Shown: positions 1-8,915 of the stretch, in pieces
Layout of the letters: every line of letters begins with the position of its first letter
How positions within the stretch are numbered: position 1 is the stretch's first letter
Source: a virus
Taxonomy: Duplodnaviria > Caudoviricetes
Length of the DNA stretch: 26,556 bases
IMG/VR virus record: IMGVR_UViG_3300030330_004929
Location: 1-26,556 of that record
Direction: 5' to 3' (one strand)
Program-made: the position numbers and the translations under genes
The notes under the pieces: generated by a model
Told to the model about the DNA's origin: nothing
The model's database searches: none
Seen by the model: only the letters and a program-made list of their open reading frames with translations

Positions 1-29
1 TTAACTTTACGTAGTTTATTTGTTTCCAT
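1..29 (-). CDS. 5' end of a small ORF (METNKLRKV...) running off the window start
   Basis: ATG at 29-27, 3 nt after the stop of the 2142-aa ORF, with AAGG upstream. Open to the window edge; only 9 codons visible. Confidence 0.4.
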
Positions 30-32
30 CTT

Positions 33-3000
33 TTACCTTTGTAGAGCAAGAACCCTTAAATCTCTAATTCTTGGTGGATTACTTGGATCCGTTGTAAGCA
101 ATACTATTTTAATTTTAAACTTTTTAAATCCAGTAAATGTTACTCCACTAGAATTTGTATATTGAATAGAACTGTTAATTCCAGTCATTACACCTTCAAG
201 TGGTGTATACTGATACTCTCTGAAATCGTTTTGATTCTCAGAACTACTGTAAACAGTTGATACTGTATTCTGTGCCATCTGAGCATAACTAACATCTAAA
301 GATAATGAATCTTCATCATCTGCATGCAATATTTTATAGTATACATTAATATTAGCTGTTTCAGGTTTATAAGCATCAAATATTACTCTTAGATCTTCTG
401 CATCTTGACCTTCATTTAATTCAACTGTTTTAGTAATATATCTTGCATCAGCTCCTCCACCCTGGATTTGTGTTTCACCAGCATCATCATTATTAATAAT
501 ATTTTCCATTGCACAGAAATTACCTAGTTGTAAATCTATAGCTGGGCTCATTCTCTTATCTGTACTATTAGACATATTGTATCTAATCTCAACTGATTTT
601 TTACTACCTAAATTGGAAACTTCTCTTGATCTACTGAAGACAAACTTTCTATCTCCTAATCTTGTTAATTCGTTTACTTCAAAATCTGAGAATGTAGAAT
701 CTAATGTTGTTTCTGTAGTACCCATCTTACCAGTAGCTGAAATTGAACAACCTGGAAGATCCATTTGAGTACTTTGTAAGAATTGAATATCACTTGGAAC
801 AACTTGAATCTCATCAATATGACCTTTGATATTTCCATTAGTTGAGATAAAGAAAGTATTTGCTCTAAAGTTACCAGTACTATTATTCAATACTAGAATT
901 CTACTATTAGCACTTGTAAACTCATCTAAGTTATAAACAGTACCAATAGGTGTTGTGAATGAATTCGTGTTAACTGTACTTGTGTTACCTATAATAGTTC
1001 CAGTTAATGAGTTACCACTTCTAAATCTTAAGAATTTACCAGAACCCATTCTAGCAAATGGAGGTCTTGGTGGAACTACATCTATACTATCTAATTGAAT
1101 AGATATAGTTTTAGAAGAAGTATTTACTGATCTTACTTTACCAGTTTCTCTAATAGTTAATGAATCTGTTACATCAGCTAGGTTATTTAATGGATTATAT
1201 CTAAAGTTACCTATATTTCTATTAGAATCTACTTCAACATTAGCAAAGAAGTTTCTTGCTGGATCTACAAGTAATTTTGTATTAGCAAGTGTACCATAAG
1301 TTACAACTGTTTCACCATAACATGCATCTTGTAAATCAATAAATCTTGAAGTTGTATTTGATACTTTGAAATACTCAACATCTTTGTTTTTAAGAACAGC
1401 GGTACCACTTTGATTAGTTCCAAAATCTGCAACATATAGATTCATTTTTAAATCTTCTTCTTGTTGCTGTCTCCATGTTAATTCATTTGCAGATACAAAA
1501 AGAATACCATTGTGAGGTTGAGTTGTAATTCTAGATTCTGATTTAATATCTAACTCACCAAGTCTTGCAGTCCAAACTTTACATTCTAAGTTTCTAGGTT
1601 CAGGTCTTACAACTAAACAATAACTATAATTAGTTTTTAAGAATATAGGTGTATCGAAATATACACAAGTTGGTATAGATCCATCACTACTTGTATTGAT
1701 TTCATAAGGATCTAAAGTAACTGTACTATGAGGTACTACATCTTGTGTTGGTTGATTAGTTGATGGATCCATTACCCTTATTTCAACATCAACTGTATGT
1801 TGTGGTGATTTAGTCTCAAAAAATATTTCAGCTTTTGTTAAAAATACACCTGGTGAAGTTATTTCTTCTGTAATTAAATCATTACCTATAACATCTTTTT
1901 CAATAAAGAATGATTGTGCTAATGGATCTACCCATGTTCTTGTTCTTGTTTCAATTCTTCTATTTGATTGTTGAGTAACTCCTATTGATCTTGTACTTAA
2001 TGTAGTAGCAGATTTAGTAACTGTTAAACCTGATGCTTGTAATGTTGCTTCTGCAGAAGAGTTAACTATACCAAGCTCATTTGAATTTATAGAAGAATCA
2101 GTAACCCTTAATGGTATTCTACTACCTGTTCTAAATCTAAGTTCATCATTAGCTGGTAAATGGAATGAGAAGTTCATATCTCCATTTGCAGAAGTTACCA
2201 TTGAATGTGGACTTCCTCTTGAAGTTACATTTGCAAAACAAAAACCTCCATTTGCATGTAGTGTATCAGGATCAATCTTAGAGATATATTCTGATACATC
2301 TGTACCATCAAAAAATGCAAAGTGTTTAGTTCTTGGTTTTAATCCATGTACAGCAACATCTATTCTAGCTGCTTTAATAAATGGCTGAATACTAACATCC
2401 TGTACCATATCAAATGTACTTTCTTGTGTTTCACCAAAATTAAAGTCTGTAACAGTGGTATCAATTTGTCTAGTAACTGTATCAGTAATTGCTCTACCAC
2501 TTATTCTTCTAGTTGAAGATAATACTTGTACATCTGTAACATTTGAATATCCAGATCTGTTATTTGGAAACAATCTTCTTAATTCTGAGTCAATATGTCT
2601 TATAGCTTCTATAGCTCCGTTATCTAAATCAATTCTTACTTCTGGACCTAAATTTTGATCTGCCCAAATTAATCTATCTGGGTTAAGTGTCATAGTACCA
2701 ACATAGTTATGAGATAAACCTTGAGCATTTCTACCTTGAGATGCATAAGGTTGACTAATTAATAACTCATCACTATAAGGTAATGTTAGTAAATGTCCAA
2801 TTGGTCTTAATCCTAATCCAGGGAAGTTACCACCTTGTTGGTTATGAGGTACTCCATGTGTTTCTGCTTGTTGTCTTGAATACAACCAACCTCCTCTATA
2901 TCTGTAAAAAAATAGTCTACTCCAAAAACCAAGACTACCATATCTTACTATAGTTCTTCTGGAAACTCCTGATGTTCCACCAGTTATAGAAACATTGTTA

Positions 3001-6000
3001 GCTATAGATACAGTTCCGTTCCAATCTTTAATATATAATTTTGGATTATTAAAATTATCACCATTTATTGTATTTGAAGTTCCTGTAATTTTGTGAATTA
3101 CTCCTGATGCAGAACCAATAGATACTGTTTCTCCTTCAATAAAATCATCAACACCACCAGCAATCCCGACAACTATGTTCTTAGATCTAGCTGTAACTCC
3201 TGAACTATTTGCAAAAGCCCAATTTAACTCCATATTCTTCATTGCAACTTTAGGTGATAGTTCATGTGCATCTTGATCAATACCTATATTGTAATCTGCA
3301 TTTCTAACATCTCCAACATCATGTGTTACAAAATTATCTACAAGGAAACCATTTTTGAATCTAGCAAAACCAGTATCATCTTTAACATCAAACTGACGAG
3401 CTTTTGATTCTAATAAAGATAAAGAGGTATAATATTCTAACACTCTAATTCTTTCATCTAATACACCAATATCCGACATTGTATATCTTCTTGTTGCAAC
3501 TTCTCGTATTTCAGTAGCTAAGTCAGGTCTTCTAAAACTCAATGCAGATTGGAAAGGTAGTGATGGATATGGTTTTTGAGTTATGTAAGCTAATACCATC
3601 ATGTCTGGATTAAATGTATTTGGAAAGAAAGGTCTTTCTCTTGGTACACCTTTATCAACTCTTAAATCTCCATTACCATCTAATTTTACTATATCTCTTC
3701 TTCCAAGATAAATTTGACAATCAACATCAAAGTTACTAGCTGGAACAGGATAATGTAAGCCACCAGACGTTTCAACAATTGTAGTTCTTGTTGAAGGATT
3801 TGTAGTGGCACTAGCTAAAGCTGTTGTATCAGTAGCTGAATCTTGAATTCTTGGACGAACATCTATATGACCTCTTAAATCATATTCTCTTCCAGTTACT
3901 GGTGAAGTATATACTGGAATCTCTGCTGTGTGAATTGCAACATTACTTGAAGTATTAGCATCATTAATTGGATAACTATCTACAGTAAAGTAACCAGTTC
4001 CTTGTGAACTATCATGTACAAAATAATCTAAACTTACTAATAAATGATCTGTGTTTGATATTTGTAAAGCAGAATCTGGTGCTTTTTTAATCTTACCATG
4101 ATCATAAAAATTATCTCTTTGACCAAAATCTAATAAAAAGTCTGATGTAACATCAGTACCTTGTGTTGCAGAAGTAAATGCTGATGAACTTTTTCTAATA
4201 AAATTAATATTAAATACATCAGAGAAGCCTAAGTTATATGGACCTTCAAAATTACTTGATCCACTAGCAGTATTAGCTAATGCATTATTTCCAACAAATA
4301 TTTTTACTAATCTTTTTGTTCTTAAAAGTTTTGATTTTTCTTTACCATTTTGTTTTCTAAGTTTAGTTGTAACTCTAGCATTTACTGAAGACAATAAATC
4401 TTCTTGAAGTGCAAAGTTAACAGATGTTGAAGAAGCTACTGTAGCAGTTCTATCTGCTCCAGATCCAGAACCATTGTTTGCTCCTTTACCACTTAAATTA
4501 ATAACTGTACCAGCTGGAAATACTTTCTCGTAGCCTCTAGCAGAAATAGTTCCACCTGAAGTTTCTAATGTTTTGATAGTTGTTGCATTTGTTATTTCAT
4601 TTACAGTAAATACAGCATTTCCAAAAAGTCTAATTTTATCTCCAATGGCAAACATTGTATCAAAACTTGTACCTGTTCCACTAATTGTATTTGATGTTCC
4701 AGTTATTGATGCTTGTCCAGTAAGACCACCAGTATTGGCTGCTGCATCTAAAACAACATGAAAATTAGATTGTTTTTGAGTTGTACTTGCAGCACCGGTT
4801 CCTAAAATAAATGTTTCATCAGTATCAGAAGATATTGAAAAAGTACCATCAGTACCAATAGTTGTTGTAAATGTCTTATAAAAATCAAACTCAGTATCTA
4901 CTGAACCTGATGCATCTCTTACTGTTTTAATAAACATGGATGGTAATTCAAAGACACCTCTATTAAAACCAGTGTCAGTTAATACAGTATTTGAGTTTAC
5001 TTGAACTGCATCAGCTTTTGCTACAGCTCCTGATCCTGCAGGTGGATCATAATAAAAACTTTTAACATTATTAAATGTATTTGCAGTCATTTTTATATCA
5101 TAAAGATACATTTTGTATAATGCATTTTGTGTACCTCTGGTTCCAGAAGAATGTTCTAATCCTCTAATTCTAGCTTCACCTATTTTATTTCCTTCTTTTC
5201 CAGTAGTACCTAATGAATTATTAGATACACTATGTTGTACTTTATCATACAATTCTACTCTATCATGACCACTTACATCCCATGGACCACTTAGTTCTCT
5301 AACATTTACAAAATTTCCATAGTTTGCAGAAACTAATACATCTTCTCTTTGTTTGTGTGTTATAGCTTTATCAAGTGCCAAATGTTTTTTAACTATGTCT
5401 TCATTTCTAAAACCTGCAACATATGAAATTCCAGATGTCTTTTCAATGGCTACTTGTTCTGTATTACCACCAGCAGCTGATGTTAAAAATCCTTGATTGT
5501 TTCCTTGTCTAAGATGCTCTTTAAGAGTAATCTTGTTACCTGTAATATTGTAGTTACCACTTTCCTCATGAGTTCTTTCAGCCATTGCATCACCAAGCTC
5601 ATTATATCTTGGCTCGTTGCCTAACATTGTCATATAACCATTTTTAAATCTAACTAACTCAACAAAGTCTGATGCAGTTTCAGTATCTAAATATTTAACT
5701 AATGAAGGAGTTATAGTCAATCTGTTAGCACCTGGAGCTGTATAGTTATATGCTCCTTGTGCTGGATCTAATAATGTTGTATCTGTATTACTTGTTGTAA
5801 TACTTTCCGTTAATTTAAACCCTACTCTAAAGTTTGCTGTGTTTGAATTATATTCACCAACAACTAAAGAAGTAGCTGGAACTGCTATAAAGTGATCCTT
5901 TGCAAATATAACACCTTGACCAAATGTAACTCTACTACCAAAACCATCTGCAGCAGATGCTAATACTCTTGCTGTTTGTCCTGTATTTGAAGTTAGAACT

Positions 6001-6461
6001 TCACCATTTGTAAATGCAGTTTGTGTTGTTGTGTTACCACCATCTGTATATTGTAAATATAATGTTTTTGTACCTGGTGTGTTTGCTTCACTACCAAATT
6101 TTGTATCAATGACTAATGCTTTAACACCACTGGTATTACCTGTAACTTCTGTATTGAGTAATAAACTTAAATTAGCTACTCCACCAGTTGCATTATTATC
6201 TCTAATTCTAATAAATGGAACTCTTTCATCATAAGCTACCTCAACACCTCTTACTACTGAACCTTCTTTAAATACATGTTCTGCAAACCTATCTATTTGG
6301 TTTTGTAATAAAGTTTGCATTTGAGTAAGTTCTCTAGCTTGTACAGCTAAACCTGGTCTAAATAAAAGTCTATAAAAATTCTTATCTTCTTTGAAATCGT
6401 CGTAGTATGGATCTACATTTAGACTTGTTCTTAATGATTGTGTGTTACTTATTCCTACCAT
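33..6461 (-). CDS. Very large virion structural/baseplate protein, VrlC-like/DUF4815-type (2142 aa)
   Basis: N-terminus LNVDPYYDDF...NFYRLLFRPGLAVQARELTQMQTLLQNQI, internal APGANRL, RRYTMSDIGVLDERI..LEYYTSLSLLE, RFKNGFLVDNF, DPLAQSF and C-terminal PRIRDLRVLAL are hallmarks of the giant protein that follows gp8 in marine T4-like phages. Confidence 0.8.
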   Translation of the reverse strand: MVGISNTQSLRTSLNVDPYYDDFKEDKNFYRLLFRPGLAVQARELTQMQTLLQNQIDRFAEHVFKEGSVVRGVEVAYDERVPFIRIRDNNATGGVANLSLLLNTEVTGNTSGVKALVIDTKFGSEANTPGTKTLYLQYTDGGNTTTQTAFTNGEVLTSNTGQTARVLASAADGFGSRVTFGQGVIFAKDHFIAVPATSLVVGEYNSNTANFRVGFKLTESITTSNTDTTLLDPAQGAYNYTAPGANRLTITPSLVKYLDTETASDFVELVRFKNGYMTMLGNEPRYNELGDAMAERTHEESGNYNITGNKITLKEHLRQGNNQGFLTSAAGGNTEQVAIEKTSGISYVAGFRNEDIVKKHLALDKAITHKQREDVLVSANYGNFVNVRELSGPWDVSGHDRVELYDKVQHSVSNNSLGTTGKEGNKIGEARIRGLEHSSGTRGTQNALYKMYLYDIKMTANTFNNVKSFYYDPPAGSGAVAKADAVQVNSNTVLTDTGFNRGVFELPSMFIKTVRDASGSVDTEFDFYKTFTTTIGTDGTFSISSDTDETFILGTGAASTTQKQSNFHVVLDAAANTGGLTGQASITGTSNTISGTGTSFDTMFAIGDKIRLFGNAVFTVNEITNATTIKTLETSGGTISARGYEKVFPAGTVINLSGKGANNGSGSGADRTATVASSTSVNFALQEDLLSSVNARVTTKLRKQNGKEKSKLLRTKRLVKIFVGNNALANTASGSSNFEGPYNLGFSDVFNINFIRKSSSAFTSATQGTDVTSDFLLDFGQRDNFYDHGKIKKAPDSALQISNTDHLLVSLDYFVHDSSQGTGYFTVDSYPINDANTSSNVAIHTAEIPVYTSPVTGREYDLRGHIDVRPRIQDSATDTTALASATTNPSTRTTIVETSGGLHYPVPASNFDVDCQIYLGRRDIVKLDGNGDLRVDKGVPRERPFFPNTFNPDMMVLAYITQKPYPSLPFQSALSFRRPDLATEIREVATRRYTMSDIGVLDERIRVLEYYTSLSLLESKARQFDVKDDTGFARFKNGFLVDNFVTHDVGDVRNADYNIGIDQDAHELSPKVAMKNMELNWAFANSSGVTARSKNIVVGIAGGVDDFIEGETVSIGSASGVIHKITGTSNTINGDNFNNPKLYIKDWNGTVSIANNVSITGGTSGVSRRTIVRYGSLGFWSRLFFYRYRGGWLYSRQQAETHGVPHNQQGGNFPGLGLRPIGHLLTLPYSDELLISQPYASQGRNAQGLSHNYVGTMTLNPDRLIWADQNLGPEVRIDLDNGAIEAIRHIDSELRRLFPNNRSGYSNVTDVQVLSSTRRISGRAITDTVTRQIDTTVTDFNFGETQESTFDMVQDVSIQPFIKAARIDVAVHGLKPRTKHFAFFDGTDVSEYISKIDPDTLHANGGFCFANVTSRGSPHSMVTSANGDMNFSFHLPANDELRFRTGSRIPLRVTDSSINSNELGIVNSSAEATLQASGLTVTKSATTLSTRSIGVTQQSNRRIETRTRTWVDPLAQSFFIEKDVIGNDLITEEITSPGVFLTKAEIFFETKSPQHTVDVEIRVMDPSTNQPTQDVVPHSTVTLDPYEINTSSDGSIPTCVYFDTPIFLKTNYSYCLVVRPEPRNLECKVWTARLGELDIKSESRITTQPHNGILFVSANELTWRQQQEEDLKMNLYVADFGTNQSGTAVLKNKDVEYFKVSNTTSRFIDLQDACYGETVVTYGTLANTKLLVDPARNFFANVEVDSNRNIGNFRYNPLNNLADVTDSLTIRETGKVRSVNTSSKTISIQLDSIDVVPPRPPFARMGSGKFLRFRSGNSLTGTIIGNTSTVNTNSFTTPIGTVYNLDEFTSANSRILVLNNSTGNFRANTFFISTNGNIKGHIDEIQVVPSDIQFLQSTQMDLPGCSISATGKMGTTETTLDSTFSDFEVNELTRLGDRKFVFSRSREVSNLGSKKSVEIRYNMSNSTDKRMSPAIDLQLGNFCAMENIINNDDAGETQIQGGGADARYITKTVELNEGQDAEDLRVIFDAYKPETANINVYYKILHADDEDSLSLDVSYAQMAQNTVSTVYSSSENQNDFREYQYTPLEGVMTGINSSIQYTNSSGVTFTGFKKFKIKIVLLTTDPSNPPRIRDLRVLALQR

Positions 6462-8003
6462 TTAAAATCCCATTATTATTTTAAAGTTTTCAATTTGTTC
6501 ATTTGCTCTTGTAATTGGTGATCTATTTTCAATATACAAAACATCTCCGTTATAAAACAATAAGTCACTATTAGCCGAAGGTTTAATAGTAGCTTTCTTA
6601 CCAGAAGTGGATCCAGTTATTTGTTCATTATTCTGGAACCTTCCTGTTATATTTATCACTCTAAGCGTGCCTGCCGTGTTAGCTGCATTACTATTTGCAA
6701 AACTAACTACATTACCAGTAGCACCACTTGTACCACCAGTTATTAATTCATCTGCATTAAAGTCTCCAGTTGCACCAGTAAGAGTCATTCTTGTTGTCAT
6801 ATCAAAATTAATTGTATTAGCAACTGATCCATTAGCTAATATTGGATCCTTAATAAGACCAAAAGTTCTTATATTGTTCTCTAAAGGAAGTGTACCTGAT
6901 TCTGTTCCACTAAATTCAGAAGTAAGCATAACAAAACTTCCACCTAATTCTTCTCTTGCATTCTTTCCATGTCCATTTCTTGGACTTATAATTGCTCTTG
7001 CAGTTGCACTATTACCATGGGAAGAGTTAGCTGTAATAGTTACAGTAGCGTTAGAATAATTAACTCCAGAACTAATAATATTAACATAATTAACAGCTCC
7101 ATTACTAGCTACTACATTAGAGTAAGCAAGTGTTCCTGTTCCATCACCAGTTACTGTGACTTTTGGACTTACAATATATCCACTTGATGTATTAGGAGCG
7201 GTTGTAAATGCATTATTTACTGTTACAGTTCTTGATACTCCTGCATATCTAGTTATTTCTCTAATCAATCCAGCACCTTTACCTGAAGTAATATAAATTG
7301 TACTTCCTACATAAACTGAATCGTTAGCACTTGCCGTGTTAGCTAAAGAAAATGAAGCTCCATTTGATACACTAGCAAACTGACCATTAGTAGTAAAGTA
7401 ACCTCTACCTCCAGCTGTTACTTTTACAATATTGATTGCACCATTTACAGATGCTTGTTGAGTTGAAAATTGAGCTGATCCATCATTAGCTGTTAATACT
7501 TTTACTGGAATATATTGATCAGTAACAAACTTACCATCATCTGCACCCGATACTGTATACATATACTTCCACTGATAGCCATCAGCTGTTTCTGTTATTC
7601 CTGTCGAAGTACCTGTTGGTTGAACTGTTGAGTTTGCATTTTTATTATTAAATAAACATTTATATACGTTTCTATCAGTTGTATAAACATAAAAAGTATT
7701 AGCATACAAGTTAGAATCTTCGTTATCATATGCCGCATACAATACATTATTAGACCAGTTGTATCTTTTCAATGCATATGTAATATCAGTTTCAGCTAGT
7801 TTTTTAGCAGCTAACATTTGTTTGTAAATATTATAGTCGTCGTTTTGAGTATCACTAACAGGTGCTGTTACAACTGAATCATTTGCATAAGGACCAGGTC
7901 TTCCAACAAACATATAAAGTCTAGATGGTGATGCTTCACTTACCGATTCAAATATTTGATCCGCAATGTAATAAGCAAATCTTTTGGTCACATGTGCAGT
8001 CAT
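6462..8003 (-). CDS. gp8: Baseplate wedge subunit gp8
   Basis: Motifs LYMFVGRP, RYNW, FYV...VYKCLFN, DGYQWKYMYT, GHG...ELG and C-terminal GDVLYIENRSPITRANEQIENFKIIMGF. Located in the wedge cluster. Confidence 0.88.
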   Translation of the reverse strand: MTAHVTKRFAYYIADQIFESVSEASPSRLYMFVGRPGPYANDSVVTAPVSDTQNDDYNIYKQMLAAKKLAETDITYALKRYNWSNNVLYAAYDNEDSNLYANTFYVYTTDRNVYKCLFNNKNANSTVQPTGTSTGITETADGYQWKYMYTVSGADDGKFVTDQYIPVKVLTANDGSAQFSTQQASVNGAINIVKVTAGGRGYFTTNGQFASVSNGASFSLANTASANDSVYVGSTIYITSGKGAGLIREITRYAGVSRTVTVNNAFTTAPNTSSGYIVSPKVTVTGDGTGTLAYSNVVASNGAVNYVNIISSGVNYSNATVTITANSSHGNSATARAIISPRNGHGKNAREELGGSFVMLTSEFSGTESGTLPLENNIRTFGLIKDPILANGSVANTINFDMTTRMTLTGATGDFNADELITGGTSGATGNVVSFANSNAANTAGTLRVINITGRFQNNEQITGSTSGKKATIKPSANSDLLFYNGDVLYIENRSPITRANEQIENFKIIMGF

Positions 8004-8012
8004 TTAATCTCC

Positions 8013-8891
8013 TTAGATAGCGCCACTATCTTTAATAACAATGTTACCCTTCATGTTTGAAGGATGTGATGAACAAACATATGTGTATGAGTTATTAGCA
8101 GAAGAAGATATTGTATGTGGTATTTGCCAATATAACACACCTTCCATTTTACCCAATGCACTTGCTCCTGTACTTATTGTACCTGTTTTTGAAACATGAA
8201 TCAACGTATTAGAATAATAATTTGTTCCTGAACTGCCACTTCTTATATGAAAAGGATGCCCTCCATTCAAACCATTCAAATCAAAAGCAATAGTTGTTTC
8301 ATTTCTAACTGTAAGTTGAGGATTATTTCCAGCAGCACCTCCAATACCAAATCCCATGTTAGAAACAAGATATGCTTGAGATCCATTTGCAGAAATATCA
8401 TATGTTACTGCTGCACCATAATTTGGAACTGTATCATAACTCTTACCACTATTAACTATAGAATATGCATTAGATACTTGAGCTCTATCAGAAACTAAAG
8501 TTCTTATAGCGTTATTAGTCTGTATTAAATTTGTGTTTATTAAAGCTAATCTTGTGTTATTATTAGCTAATGCAGCTAAAGAAACAACATTGGCAACTTC
8601 AGCTCTTTTTGCTATTGCACTATTTGTATTAGCTAAAGCAGCAAGTGAAGCAACATTAGCAACTTTTGCATATAAATTTAGTCTAGTATTGATATCAGAA
8701 TTAGCTGCATATGTTGCTATTGCATAAGCATTTGAAACCAGTGTTCCTGTATTAGCAGCTATGGTTGTTCCATCACCTAATGCGTTATATACTTCTGTAA
8801 AATTATCATTGACTTTATCACCACCTGCACGAATCGTGTCACCACTTCCATCATTAGCACTTGAGCCTAATCCTATCGATTGTTTTGCCAT
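8013..8891 (-). CDS. gp9/gp10-type baseplate/fibre connector N-terminus fused to a cupredoxin-like C-terminal domain
   Basis: N-terminus MAKQSIGLGSSANDGSGDTIRAGGDKVNDNFTEVY matches the T4 gp9/gp10 N-terminal motif. Ala/Asn helical repeats in the middle. C-terminal HPFH...YVCSSHPSNMKGNIVI. AAGGA RBS and TATAAATA upstream. Confidence 0.75.
   Translation of the reverse strand: MAKQSIGLGSSANDGSGDTIRAGGDKVNDNFTEVYNALGDGTTIAANTGTLVSNAYAIATYAANSDINTRLNLYAKVANVASLAALANTNSAIAKRAEVANVVSLAALANNNTRLALINTNLIQTNNAIRTLVSDRAQVSNAYSIVNSGKSYDTVPNYGAAVTYDISANGSQAYLVSNMGFGIGGAAGNNPQLTVRNETTIAFDLNGLNGGHPFHIRSGSSGTNYYSNTLIHVSKTGTISTGASALGKMEGVLYWQIPHTISSSANNSYTYVCSSHPSNMKGNIVIKDSGAI
8562..8669 (-). repeat. Tandem 22-aa-period repeat in the gp9-like protein
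   Basis: AKVANVASLAALAN (8669-8628) and AEVANVVSLAALAN (8603-8562), 66-nt period. Confidence 0.75.
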
Positions 8892-8907
8892 CTTTTTTCC
8901 TTAATCC

Positions 8908-8915
8908 TATTTATA
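8908..8915 (-). promoter_or_regulatory. T4-type late promoter TATAAATA
   Basis: Exact T4 gp55 consensus in the 24-nt gap between the gp7 stop and the gp9-like start. Confidence 0.8.
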
